Shown here in pieces: positions 18,401 through 28,975 of a stretch of DNA of 64,000 nt. The DNA is from Candidatus Levyibacteriota bacterium (GTDB lineage Bacteria; Patescibacteriota; Microgenomatia; Levybacterales; UBA12049): contig CAWBPM010000004.1 in the NCBI GenBank assembly GCA_963790825.1, forward strand, positions 94,987 to 158,986. Reading direction: 5' to 3'. The position numbers were made by a program, and so were the translations under genes. How positions within the stretch are numbered: the stretch's first letter is position 1; each line of letters starts with the position of its first letter. A model generated the notes under the pieces. It had not been told where the DNA came from. It was given only the letters and a program-made list of their open reading frames with translations, and made no database searches.

Positions 18401-21400
18401 TTAAGTAGCAAGTTGTTCAGTCGTACTAGATAATCCTTTATAGAAGCTGGCGAATAAGGCCCCAAAGAAATCAAGCCATGATTCTCCTCGGGAAAATCTG
18501 GCCAGAAAATTCGCGCCAATCGGTTTTTCGACGTGTTTTTTCCACTGTTTCGCAGTAAGAAATCTGCCTTCGCGCACCTGAAGAGTCGCCTCATCATTAT
18601 TAATATTCTCTGTCACATATTTTTCGGGGCTTGTCATAAAAAACTCTCTGATCAGCTGGATCATGCCGTCAGAATATTTAGATACCGTGCTTTTTTTGTT
18701 AATATGCTCCAGGATATCCTGGCGTACAGTATACATAAGTATATTTTTGGCTAAATCAAATGAGCCGTCTGCACTCACCTTAGCCCGTTCGCTTCCCCAG
18801 ATTCTCCGCTCTTCCGGCGTTTGGCTATCCTGTACATTTTTTTCATCATATATTCCCATTTTCAGCAGTTCCGGTCCGAACATATGCTGAGCTACTGTAA
18901 TATCTTCAAATACCAAATCGCCTTTATGCTCTGGATCTTTCCTCCATGACCGTATCTTATGAGCATAGGGAATTTTCGTCATTTCTATATACCGGCAATT
19001 TTTATATATTTCACCCAAAACCTTTTCCCGAAAACCGGGTTCTACCACTAATCTTCCTAGGTAATCATAATGCAGGTTTTTTTCAAACTCAAAGCCCTGC
19101 CCATGCCGGATAAACTCTCCGAAATCGACCGCATTTAAAAAGTGGATGCCGGCATACCTATTTTCCGCGTCTCCTGGACACTCAAATTTCTGGTATTTCA
19201 TTTGCGTCAGATCAACTTCGCTTCCTTCTCCGCCCTGGAGCACCTCGGCAAGTGTTTTGGTAAAATCATCTCCCCCCAAGGGACGCATGCGAAGTGCATC
19301 AAACATGCTCAGCATAACATGCTTTAAGCCTCTCAGCGTTTGCGGATTGCCAATTTCGTTTTTATTTGTTTGGTTTTCACGAAAGGCTTGGAAATTCATA
19401 AATCTGGTCGGAGCAACAAAAGCCCTGGAGCCGGTTTCCTGCTTCGCGTCAACGATGAAATACTGAGCAAGGTTTTTTGCCCAACCTTTGGCATAGACAA
19501 CCTCGTCGCTGTCAAGTCTCAAGTTTTTACAGACTGCATCTGAAATCGCATCTTCGACATAAGTGGTTATGTCTTTGGGTATGTCAGCTTCGTTAAAGAT
19601 ATTTAGGTTTTCCAGTTTCAATCTCCCTTGCCCGTCAGTACTGCTTTTTGTTCCTAAAATAGCTAAAGCGAATTTTTCGTTATTAATTTTTTTGTTATTA
19701 CTGCCTTTTCCAAAACCGAAGTAGTCCCGGGGATCCTCAGTGACTCTTGACCCTCTTGTTCCTGGATTTAAATCTGCCAACTTACTGAGAAATTCCTCCT
19801 TAACACTATCCCTAACTGTTTTAGCATCTTCTTGTCTGATTTTATCTTTTTCCTCGTCTGTTAAGCGTGTCCTTTCTGCTCGTTCCCTTACGGCAATCCG
19901 CATCTCGGATAATTCCTTCATGCTGGCAAAGGTAATCTTAAATTCTCCTTCCCCAACCGCATCCTTTTTGGCTATTTCACCAATATACTCATCTACGATA
20001 AGCAGTCTCGACTCTAGGAGGGCATCGTCTTTAAATTTTTCTTCCGTCTTCTTTTTCTCTGCCTTAAGTATACCGAGAACATATTCTTTGTATTGCTGTT
20101 TATAGTAGACATTTGTGTCCATAATGCTGGCAGCCAACGATTGCCAGAAGACATCAATTCCCCGATCAATTACTACAGGCTCCAGATGCTTCTGTCCATG
20201 AGAGTCAGTAAGCTCGCGGTAGAGGACTCTCTTCTCTTTATACTCTGTACCCCGTTTTATGACCGTTCGCTGCTCCCGAACCAGCTTAACCAGTCCCTTT
20301 TCTGTAACTATCTTGCCCTTTTCCATAAGAACCGGTTCTAAATATTCCCCATCTGAAGATTGTACTTTCCGGTAAAGGGTCTCTTCTTTTTCCATTTTCT
20401 CTCCTTCTTTTACCTTTTCAGCGTCATCGCTAGCATAACCCAGCTCAATTAGTCCGTCCTGGGTAACCGTACCGTCGCCCAGAAGTTTTATAAATAGGTT
20501 CCTGTTCGTTACTGTCGGTCTGTTATCTTGACCGTAAATAATTTCTCCATTTTCCCCGTCTCCTCTTCTTTTATAGTTTTCTGCCCGCCGGAACGTATTA
20601 TGTGAGAGTTCTGACATCGCGTTAAACAAAAGTACCTGGGTTTGGATTGCCCGGCCGACTTCTCCTTGTACCTCATCTTCCGTATAATCCCGAAGTTCTC
20701 TTTTATCTCTTCTGGCTAGTTTCAGCATTCGAATACTCCTGGCGCTCTGATTAACATTTCCCGAATCGGTAAAAATGCTTTTTCTCGAGTGGGCCTGAAG
20801 TACTTCCATGTATTTTTTAATATCATTCCTGCCTGCCGTAAAAATATTCACTTGTTTATTGTGGGCAAGCGAGCGGAGCCAGGCCTCGTAGAGAAAGTTC
20901 ATTTTCATTTTCATAAACTCCGGGTCAACCTGAGTATCCCAGCTAGTTTTATAGACAACATTTCCCTCTTCATCTTTTAAAACCTTTTCCTTTTCATCTT
21001 TAACTTCTGCAATATGGACTCTTTTGCGTCTGGAATATTGGTTGATTTTGATCATTTCTAAAAGTGAGATTTGGGCAAAATAGGTAGGAACGCTGGTTAA
21101 AGACAGAAGGTCTACCTCGCTCATTCCGGCGGAAGCAATTTCCTCAACCGACCGCTTCCGAACCCAAGAGAGAAAATTATGGTACTGAATTTCGCCGCTG
21201 CTATCAACAATTTCATGCGATCCGCCGATGTGATATTCAGGTCCTGCATAGCTCATAAGTCGGAAGAGAAGTTGATCTAAATTTCTCGGCTGGACCTGAA
21301 AATCATACTCTTCGCTGTTTGGCGTATCATCTTTAAAGTATTTTTGTAAATCTAATGCTTCTATTTGTGTTGTTCTTTGTTTAAGCTGCTTAAGCGTCAG

Positions 21401-22753
21401 GCTGCTGGGATCTTCCTGCATAATCTCCTGGAATTGTTTTTGCATGTCGGGCGTGACGGTCTCAAGATGCCCCATATTTCGCCTGACATCCGTAATCCGC
21501 AGACGAAGACCATTATACTGGCGTCGCGCGTCGTCCAATAAACGACTCTGTTTTTCTATGGGGAATAAGTTATTATCTTCAATCTTTTTGATTTCTTCTA
21601 TTCTATATCTTACCTGCGCACCTAGAGACATACCGAAGATAACAGCATCTTCTTCTGTCATGTTGGCAATCCCCCGTCTCGCCGCCTCTGACGCGACATC
21701 CCCTCCTCGCATCGTTCCTGCCAGAAGCCTTGGCAACACATCGCGAAAAAAAGTATTCAATGCTTCTGTATCGACATTGCTGTCAATTAATGCATTAAAA
21801 TTATTTAAATGCGCCTCTACTCTTGGATCGGACAAATCCATTAACCTTCCGTCAAGTGCGCCGGTAATCCAAGCTCTTTTCATCGCCCTTGCACATTCGG
21901 ATTTTCTATCGGCAGGCGCCCTGAGAAATGCTTCCTGCAACCCTCGATTCAGGTCGCTAAGCCGCTCTTCTTCTGTCTGTCCCGCTGCTCCTCCTTGCTG
22001 CGATTTATTCAGTGTATCAGCAATTAGATCTTCATATCCTCGCGGCTGAGGAGGAATATTTGGATTAGAAGGATTCATTTGGAAAAATCCGGGCTCTAAT
22101 CCCCGATCTGTTTGCATAATGATTTCTGCTTGTCTTTGTATCTCCGGCGGAAGCACTCCCTGAAGTCTCTCTAAATCTTTAGGGGGTAATTGAGGTGTAA
22201 TCATCCTTGCTTGTTCACGCTTTTTATCTACTTCTCCAAAAAATTTGTCAACAGGAATCTCTTGACCTCTTACAGCCTTCATAATAAGTGTTCTAGCATC
22301 AATTGAAACACGCTCTAGCTCGGGATTTACTCTTTCAGCTTCTCTTTCTAACGGTGATTGCATTTGCAAATAGAGATCTGCAAGCGTACCCATATCTAGT
22401 GTTACTAGAGACGGATCTTCACTGGTTCTTTCCTTAAATGCTCTTAGTAAATATCTTGCTTCGGGGTCTCTAATATCACTCTCCTGTATGAGAATCGGGT
22501 GATCCGACCTAGGTTTTTCTTGAAGTTGTGTTTCTCGCCTACCCAGTTGTCCGTCTGCATTTCCTTCCTGCGCCATATTAATATCTCCTCTTAGTCTAGC
22601 ATAGCCTGCCTGAGGACGCGGTGTCAATTTAATAGGCATTTCCCCTTCAATACTCCTGAAGACTTCGGTTACATTTGGCGTAATAAGCCTCTCTCCTTCG
22701 ATGCGAGGCGTAAATGATTGCGTGCGAATTGGCATCCCTTCTTTCATAGCCAC
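18401..22753 (-). CDS. Large hypothetical protein (1450 aa), charged/helical
   Basis: Long uninterrupted ORF; no family recognised. Confidence 0.8.
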   Translation of the reverse strand: MAMKEGMPIRTQSFTPRIEGERLITPNVTEVFRSIEGEMPIKLTPRPQAGYARLRGDINMAQEGNADGQLGRRETQLQEKPRSDHPILIQESDIRDPEARYLLRAFKERTSEDPSLVTLDMGTLADLYLQMQSPLEREAERVNPELERVSIDARTLIMKAVRGQEIPVDKFFGEVDKKREQARMITPQLPPKDLERLQGVLPPEIQRQAEIIMQTDRGLEPGFFQMNPSNPNIPPQPRGYEDLIADTLNKSQQGGAAGQTEEERLSDLNRGLQEAFLRAPADRKSECARAMKRAWITGALDGRLMDLSDPRVEAHLNNFNALIDSNVDTEALNTFFRDVLPRLLAGTMRGGDVASEAARRGIANMTEEDAVIFGMSLGAQVRYRIEEIKKIEDNNLFPIEKQSRLLDDARRQYNGLRLRITDVRRNMGHLETVTPDMQKQFQEIMQEDPSSLTLKQLKQRTTQIEALDLQKYFKDDTPNSEEYDFQVQPRNLDQLLFRLMSYAGPEYHIGGSHEIVDSSGEIQYHNFLSWVRKRSVEEIASAGMSEVDLLSLTSVPTYFAQISLLEMIKINQYSRRKRVHIAEVKDEKEKVLKDEEGNVVYKTSWDTQVDPEFMKMKMNFLYEAWLRSLAHNKQVNIFTAGRNDIKKYMEVLQAHSRKSIFTDSGNVNQSARSIRMLKLARRDKRELRDYTEDEVQGEVGRAIQTQVLLFNAMSELSHNTFRRAENYKRRGDGENGEIIYGQDNRPTVTNRNLFIKLLGDGTVTQDGLIELGYASDDAEKVKEGEKMEKEETLYRKVQSSDGEYLEPVLMEKGKIVTEKGLVKLVREQRTVIKRGTEYKEKRVLYRELTDSHGQKHLEPVVIDRGIDVFWQSLAASIMDTNVYYKQQYKEYVLGILKAEKKKTEEKFKDDALLESRLLIVDEYIGEIAKKDAVGEGEFKITFASMKELSEMRIAVRERAERTRLTDEEKDKIRQEDAKTVRDSVKEEFLSKLADLNPGTRGSRVTEDPRDYFGFGKGSNNKKINNEKFALAILGTKSSTDGQGRLKLENLNIFNEADIPKDITTYVEDAISDAVCKNLRLDSDEVVYAKGWAKNLAQYFIVDAKQETGSRAFVAPTRFMNFQAFRENQTNKNEIGNPQTLRGLKHVMLSMFDALRMRPLGGDDFTKTLAEVLQGGEGSEVDLTQMKYQKFECPGDAENRYAGIHFLNAVDFGEFIRHGQGFEFEKNLHYDYLGRLVVEPGFREKVLGEIYKNCRYIEMTKIPYAHKIRSWRKDPEHKGDLVFEDITVAQHMFGPELLKMGIYDEKNVQDSQTPEERRIWGSERAKVSADGSFDLAKNILMYTVRQDILEHINKKSTVSKYSDGMIQLIREFFMTSPEKYVTENINNDEATLQVREGRFLTAKQWKKHVEKPIGANFLARFSRGESWLDFFGALFASFYKGLSSTTEQLAT

Positions 22754-22818
22754 AGTCTAGCCGTCAAGCCTTACATAAACTTGATAAAAGTCTTTTACTG
22801 AGGTAACAAAAGTAGGAG

Positions 22819-24195
22819 TTAGCTTACGAACTTAAAACCGCGGCCCTTTATGGTTATGAGATGGGCGGGAAGATTCGGATCGTCCTCAATTTTCTTTCTG
22901 ACTCTAAAGATAAGCTGATCTACTGCCTGATCCGTTACTCCGGCAGTAGAGCGAAACGCCGACCAGACAATCTGGATTATTTGCTCCCTGTCCACAATTT
23001 CATCCGGATGACTGAGGAGAAATTGCAGCAACCTAAATTCCGAACCGGTCAGCCGGTCTGAGAGAACTATCTTCCCTTTACGAATCGTATTGGTTGTGCT
23101 GTCATATGTTATTTGTTCATTTTGTGACGGCGTATTTCGCAGCTCCAAATCGAGAAGCACGCTAAAAAGCGGAATCTGTATTTTCCTTTCCTTGATAAAT
23201 CCGATATTGGAAAAGTAGGCTGCAGTAAGCTTGTCCTCTTCGTTACCCGGGAAATCACCGAGAATAAAACGCTGCTCTTCGGGAGAAAATGAGCGCCAGA
23301 TCTCCAAGAGTGCCCCCCGAACCGGCCGATGGGTACAAAGCCAGGATGCAAATTTCGTTCCTTTTGTCACCTCATTATTTTCAGTTTCCAAAACCGTTTC
23401 CATACACAGTCTGGTCAGCTTGCCGTGTCCCGCAGTCAGCTGCAAAATGCTAGTATAAAGAGACTCCGGCAATTTTTCCTCTGATACCTTTTCTAGATAC
23501 TCCGTCCTAAATTTCAGAAGCGACTTATCCTGAACATTCATATAGACAATATTTCCGGCTAAAAATTCATGAAACTCCGCAAAAAGTACCGGCTCTACTA
23601 TATCTTCAAGCGGTTTATTTAAAGAAAAAATGACTGAAAAACGGTATTTGGCCCGGTTACGAAGCACCCGAAGATTGGCAAAAAAATCCGAAGTTAGCAT
23701 CGGGACATATTCCTCGAACCGGTCAAAAAGGAAAACTATGGTCAACTCTTTTTCTATTGCCAGAAAATCAATCGCCCGTTTTAAACCCTGAAAGAGTACC
23801 AGCTCGTCCTCAAGAAGCAGACTTTCTTTGAAAATTTCAGTTACCGCCTGGTATTCTGTCAGCATACCTCGTTCTCTGAGAGAATCCGTCAAGGAAAGAA
23901 AAAGGAATTTTGTCACGTCGTAGAGATTTCGCCGTCTGACTTCTGAAAAACTAACAAGCATAAAGTGCATCCATTTCTCATTCTCTCCGAGATGTTTCTG
24001 CCTGCCTGCTTTGTTAAAAACCAGAAACTTCAGGAGATTTCCTCTACCAACTCCGGGTAGACCGACGAGCTCTACGGAACTTCCCCGTTGGATAAATTTC
24101 AATAAACCCGAGACTTCCTGAAAATAAGAATCTTCGGGGTAAAGCGATTCAAATCTGGTGGGTTCAATGGGTTGTGCTATTCTTTTTTGCATCAT
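22819..24195 (-). CDS. P-loop NTPase domain fused to C-terminal OmpR/PhoB-type winged-helix DNA-binding domain
   Basis: GLPGVGRG (Walker A variant), VFLFDRFE (Walker B); LT.SEFRLL..L...P..IV.RE.I...VW...VDQ.I.R.RKKIEDDP..P..L.TI.GRG.KF. Confidence 0.85.
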   Translation of the reverse strand: MMQKRIAQPIEPTRFESLYPEDSYFQEVSGLLKFIQRGSSVELVGLPGVGRGNLLKFLVFNKAGRQKHLGENEKWMHFMLVSFSEVRRRNLYDVTKFLFLSLTDSLRERGMLTEYQAVTEIFKESLLLEDELVLFQGLKRAIDFLAIEKELTIVFLFDRFEEYVPMLTSDFFANLRVLRNRAKYRFSVIFSLNKPLEDIVEPVLFAEFHEFLAGNIVYMNVQDKSLLKFRTEYLEKVSEEKLPESLYTSILQLTAGHGKLTRLCMETVLETENNEVTKGTKFASWLCTHRPVRGALLEIWRSFSPEEQRFILGDFPGNEEDKLTAAYFSNIGFIKERKIQIPLFSVLLDLELRNTPSQNEQITYDSTTNTIRKGKIVLSDRLTGSEFRLLQFLLSHPDEIVDREQIIQIVWSAFRSTAGVTDQAVDQLIFRVRKKIEDDPNLPAHLITIKGRGFKFVS

Positions 24196-24277
24196 ATATC
24201 TTATTGTACTGCGCCTCAAAGCTTTCTTCAAGCGGTAAGGCTTGCGCCGCGTATTATAAATGGTTTATTCTGAATAT

Positions 24278-25102
24278 ATGAGAAAAATAGATTTACTTTT
24301 TATTATTCCACTTTTTCTACTGGCATTTTTACTGCTTTCCTCAGTTTCTTCAGCCGCCGACCCAACCGCCCCTCCAGCCCCAACAGCCGTACCTCCCACT
24401 CCCACCCCTACAAGATCTTTCACTATTTCAGTACAGCCTCCTGATGAAGTTCATATTACCCAAAGCGTTATTGTCACAGTAATTCAAGCTCCTCCTGACC
24501 ATCTGAGTGGAGGAGGTACATATAATATTCTTTTTATGCAATTAGATAATATACTGCAAAATTGCAATGGATTCTCCTGTGCCGGTTTTGGACCATTACA
24601 TTGTCCTACTGTTAGTTGTACATTTCCTCCCTATCAAGTTCTACTCGGTCCTGCCAGTATACTCATCATTCGTGTCACCTCTGCCGATACCGCCCCATAC
24701 GAAATAGATAAAGAGCTGACGATAAATGGCTCTGTCCCCACACCAACTAACGTTCCCACTTCTCCTACAGAAATTCCCCCCCCGCCTGCCTGCACTACTC
24801 CGGGTACCGGAGGAGAATGTGCTGGTGTCGACACCGCTATTGGACCGGCAAGCACCACGCCGAATGAATTGATCACTACTATTATGAGAATACTCCTTAG
24901 TATTTCAGGCGGTATCGCATTGCTTCTTTTAATCTATGCGGGTTATAAAATCCTCACTTCCCGCGGAAATCCTGAAACAGTAAAAGGCGCTCGGGAGCTG
25001 ATCACCTCGGCAATTGCAGGACTTCTCCTTATTATTCTCTCCCTGGTCATCCTGGAAGTACTGGGAGTTGACATATTGCACATCCCAGGATTTAGCCATT
25101 AG
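24278..25102 (+). CDS. VirB2/TrbC-like (T4SS_pilin) protein with N-terminal extracellular domain
   Basis: Signal peptide; Pro/Thr linkers; C-terminal IYAGYKILTSRGNPETVKGARELITSAIAGLL pilin motif. Confidence 0.8.
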   Translation: MRKIDLLFIIPLFLLAFLLLSSVSSAADPTAPPAPTAVPPTPTPTRSFTISVQPPDEVHITQSVIVTVIQAPPDHLSGGGTYNILFMQLDNILQNCNGFSCAGFGPLHCPTVSCTFPPYQVLLGPASILIIRVTSADTAPYEIDKELTINGSVPTPTNVPTSPTEIPPPPACTTPGTGGECAGVDTAIGPASTTPNELITTIMRILLSISGGIALLLLIYAGYKILTSRGNPETVKGARELITSAIAGLLLIILSLVILEVLGVDILHIPGFSH

Positions 25103-25153
25103 AAAAGTAAACTCTACTTGCATTTCACCCGAATAATGGTTTACTCTAAAAGT

Positions 25154-26353
25154 GTGAGAAAAAATGTTTATGTTGTTTTATATATAGTTATATTCGTTTT
25201 TGTTGGTTTTATTTTAGATACTGTTTTCTTTAGCGAAAAAGACTACGCTAATTCAGATTCTGATCAGGCGATTCTTACTTGTGCACAAGTTATACATGCG
25301 CCGGATTTTAAGACCTGTACAGGAACTATTGAAGATACTACTACCGGTACTGCAATACCCACTGCTATACTACATTTACACGTTAAGAGTACTAGTGATG
25401 GGGACCAGACATATCCCCTGACAAGTGCCAATGCGCTTCTTCAGCAGGAATTTACTCAACCACAAGACGGCTCCTATAAATATTGCGCCTACGCGAACGG
25501 TAGCCCGGGAGCCCCAAGCATAATATCTGTTTTTGCGAGTGCTATCGGATATGATGATAGTAACTCGATCGATATTCCCGGTACTACTGTGTGTCCACCA
25601 GGCGGAACAATTAAATTAACAAAGAAAGCTGCCGGTTCTCCTCTTGGCTACTATTGTACTATTCCTAATGGAGCACAACTAACAGACCACAATGCCAACT
25701 CCAGTTGTCAACAAGCACCACTAGATCCTGAAATTGCCCCTCATGTAACGATAGTGGGCTCTAATGTATACGCAACTGTAGATGCTTGCACTAATAATTG
25801 CAAAAAAGTCTTCTATGACAAAGAAATACCGGGAGGAGCATGTGGTATCGTGGGCCCTGATTTCTGGAACACGTATGTTCCCGCCATTGAAATCCTTGCT
25901 TGGTCGATGGATACATGTACCGCAACACAGCAATCCGGAGGAAATCCCCCAGCTACCGCTCCGCCTACCAACACCCCCGTTCCTCCTACTCCCACATCTA
26001 CTCCTCTTCCTCCCGAGCCGGCATGCACCCATAACACGGGTGGGGAATGTCCAAGTGTGGATACAGCACTCGGAGTAATTAATGTTGGCGCAGGAGGCGA
26101 AGTGGGCAACGAAGGAATAGTAACCAGCATTATGGGAGTGCTTCTCAGTATCTCGGGAGGACTTGCGCTGCTTCTGATTATTTACGCGGGATACAAACTA
26201 CTTACCTCCGGCGGAAATCCTGACACAGTAAAAGGCGCACGGGATCTCCTGACTGCGGCAATTGTAGGACTTTTGTTTATTATTCTCGCTCTGGTTGTCT
26301 TGCAGGTTATCGGCGTTGATATCCTGCATATACCAGGCTGGACTGGTGTCTAG
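25154..26353 (+). CDS. VirB2/TrbC-like pilin with large Cys-rich N-terminal domain
   Basis: C-terminal IYAGYKLLTSGGNPDTVKGARDLLTAAIVGLL; GTG start inferred from an upstream sequence shared with 24278. Confidence 0.8.
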   Translation: MRKNVYVVLYIVIFVFVGFILDTVFFSEKDYANSDSDQAILTCAQVIHAPDFKTCTGTIEDTTTGTAIPTAILHLHVKSTSDGDQTYPLTSANALLQQEFTQPQDGSYKYCAYANGSPGAPSIISVFASAIGYDDSNSIDIPGTTVCPPGGTIKLTKKAAGSPLGYYCTIPNGAQLTDHNANSSCQQAPLDPEIAPHVTIVGSNVYATVDACTNNCKKVFYDKEIPGGACGIVGPDFWNTYVPAIEILAWSMDTCTATQQSGGNPPATAPPTNTPVPPTPTSTPLPPEPACTHNTGGECPSVDTALGVINVGAGGEVGNEGIVTSIMGVLLSISGGLALLLIIYAGYKLLTSGGNPDTVKGARDLLTAAIVGLLFIILALVVLQVIGVDILHIPGWTGV

Positions 26354-26374
26354 TTGAGTATATATAATAATTCT

Positions 26375-26692
26375 ATGCAAAAACTCTTAGCTTTATCTCT
26401 TCAAGGAACACCGATTGCAGCCCCCGGTAACGTTCCCACCGGCGGATTATCGCCAAATGGTTGGAATATTATCTATACGGGAATCTCTATTTTTCTCCTT
26501 ATTATAGTGGCTCTGGCTCTCATATTTCTCATTTGGGCGGGCATCAGGCTTACCATGTCGGAAGGAGATAAGGCAAAGGTTGATGCATCGAGAAAGCAGG
26601 CAATCTACTCCATAGTCGGACTCGTTATCGCCCTTTTGGCATTTGCCATTATAAATATCGTCGGCAATCTGTTTGGAGTACAGTTGTTCTGA
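26375..26692 (+). CDS. VirB2/TrbC-like pilin
   Basis: LIWAGIRLTMSEGDKAKVDASRKQAIYSIVGLVIA. Confidence 0.82.
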   Translation: MQKLLALSLQGTPIAAPGNVPTGGLSPNGWNIIYTGISIFLLIIVALALIFLIWAGIRLTMSEGDKAKVDASRKQAIYSIVGLVIALLAFAIINIVGNLFGVQLF

Positions 26693-26780
26693 GCTTTTTA
26701 GCACACATTTTACTTGCAATTATTTAACAACCTGCAATATACTAATCTTCTAGGCGCAATATGCCTCATCTATCCTTTAT

Positions 26781-28281
26781 ATGTCAAAAAAAGTAAAAAT
26801 AATATTTCTTGCACTCTGTTTGTTCTTTTTTATACTTTTTGCCTTCATAGGAGTCCTTAATCTAAGCATCGATTTCGGCTGGTACTTACGCATCGGAGAC
26901 ATTATATTAAACCATGGTTTTCCTAAAACTGATCCGATGATCTACTCCATGCCCAGCTATCCCTTTATTGACCACGAGTGGCTGGTTGAGGTTATAATTG
27001 CTTTACTTTACCCCTATGTTAAATTACTGGGAATCTCTGCTCTTTTTTTCCTTAATCGCCGTAGTATCGGTAGCATTGCCGGTTTACGCGTTCCGCTTAT
27101 ATCGCTATTGGCTCTTTATCCCCTTACTTCTGGCTTTAAGTACTCTTTTCTTCTACGAAGGGATCGCTATTGAAATGACCAGCTGGTTCTTCGTGTCCCT
27201 TCTCATAACTATCCTATTAAAAAATACTCTGTGGAAAAAGGTTAAATATTTAGTACCTTTTCTTTTTCTTCTCTGGGCAAATATACACGGCAGCTTTCCT
27301 TTGGGCATCGTTCTTTTATTGCTTTTTATAGGAGTACGCACAGTTACCGAAAGGAAGATTCTTCTATCTGATATTTTCGTCTTATTGAGCAGCATTTTCA
27401 TAACTCTTGTTAATCCGTACGGCATTAATCTTTGGCATGAAGTATGGATGCAGATGTCAGATACCGCGGCGCATCAGACAATTTCGGAGTGGCAGCCGCT
27501 GCTTTTCTCCGATGGATTTCATTTGCCTATACTTTGGGTGCTGTTAGTACTGGCAAGCTTTCTGTTCGTATTTTATAGAAGGCGGTACTCTGTTCTGGAG
27601 TTTGTGTTTTTTTTATTCTTTCTTCTCCTTGCTTTCAGCGCAAGAAGACAACTTCCGTTTTTGCTAATTTATTCGATGCTACCCATATATAGGGGCATTG
27701 GCTTTCTCTCCGCTGATGCCGTAAAGATAAAATATGGCGCGCTGCGGCTTCGAAACGGCATACTGCTCCTTATCGCCATAGTTCTAGTTCTTTCGTGTAT
27801 AGAGTTATTCTTCGGATTTCGTAATGCAATTCTTAATCCTTTGGTTATCTATCCTAATAAGGCAATTGTCTATTTGGAAAACCACCCCACTTCCGGACAA
27901 ATATTTTCAATTAACGAATGGGGCGGATATCTGGAATGGAAATTACCACAAAAACAGATATTCTCAGATGGCTTGACAGAAACTTGGAGGTGGCATGCTC
28001 CAAATTCGAAAGAAAGCGATAATGTGTTTATGGAGTATAAAAACATTATTCAGGGAAAAATTACGCTAAGTAGTACTGTTGAAAAATATAACATTGATAC
28101 GCTTCTTCTTTATAAACAGCAAACAATTAGCAAGCCGAATCCTCCGTTTATAAAATTTATAGATGCATTTTTACCGAATAAGAAAAAGACAAATAAAAAA
28201 TCAATATATACCCAAATAGAACAAATGGGATGGAAAATCGTCTATAAAGACAGTGTCGCGGTCATTTACCGCAAGCAATAA
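26781..28281 (+). pseudogene. GT-C-like membrane glycosyltransferase frameshifted at a T7 run (27043-27049)
   Basis: DFGWYLRIG...DHEWL in the first ORF; LWANIHGSF, LVNPYG, ISEWQP, WGGYL.W, DG in the second ORF; frames join at the T tract. Confidence 0.75.
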
Positions 28282-28405
28282 AGATACTCAGATGGCAGAC
28301 CTATATTAATTTTGCTCATTGTTTAGCCTTAGAAGCACCTCTTGACAAGAAGAAAATTCTATTGCAATAATAGATATAGATTAAATAAATCGAAACAATA
28401 AATAT

Positions 28406-28825
28406 ATGAGTACACAATTAAAAAAATTTGCAATCATTTCCTCAACAGTAGTACTTTACACATTAGCTGCTTCCCAGACTTTTGCTGCTGGTGCTGCTAG
28501 CTTTGGATCGGGGTGTAATGGTAGTTTTAGTGCTCTTTGCGGTAACAGCGCATCATTTGCTACTATCTTTAGTTGGGTTGTTAATCTCTTGTTCTTTGCT
28601 GCAATCGCAATTGCGCTTATCTTCTTAATTTGGAATGGTATTCGCTGGATTCTTTCCGGTGGAGATAAAGGAAAAGTTGATGAGGCAAGAAAAGGTGTTA
28701 TTGCAGCTCTGATTGGGCTTGTGGTTGCACTTGTTGCCTATTTCATCATCAATCTTGTATTAAATCTCTTGGGACTGGGTGGACTAAATTCTCTTAGTGT
28801 TCCCTCTATTACTCTTCTCTCTTAG
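28406..28825 (+). CDS. VirB2/TrbC-like pilin (probable major pilin)
   Basis: Signal peptide ...TFA; CxxxxxxxC; GIRWILSGGDKGKVDEARKGVIAALIGLVV; strongly T-ending codons. Confidence 0.85.
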   Translation: MSTQLKKFAIISSTVVLYTLAASQTFAAGAASFGSGCNGSFSALCGNSASFATIFSWVVNLLFFAAIAIALIFLIWNGIRWILSGGDKGKVDEARKGVIAALIGLVVALVAYFIINLVLNLLGLGGLNSLSVPSITLLS

Positions 28826-28975
28826 TCTTTTTAGTTCTTAATTCTAACTTCTCTTCTTTATTGTAAGTTCTTCTACTCGTGATTGCGCTTGCCGCCCTGC
28901 CATAATTCGCTTTATTTATAGTAAGTTATATTCCTAAAAGCATATTTTTATGACATAATTTAGCAATTGAGCAAT

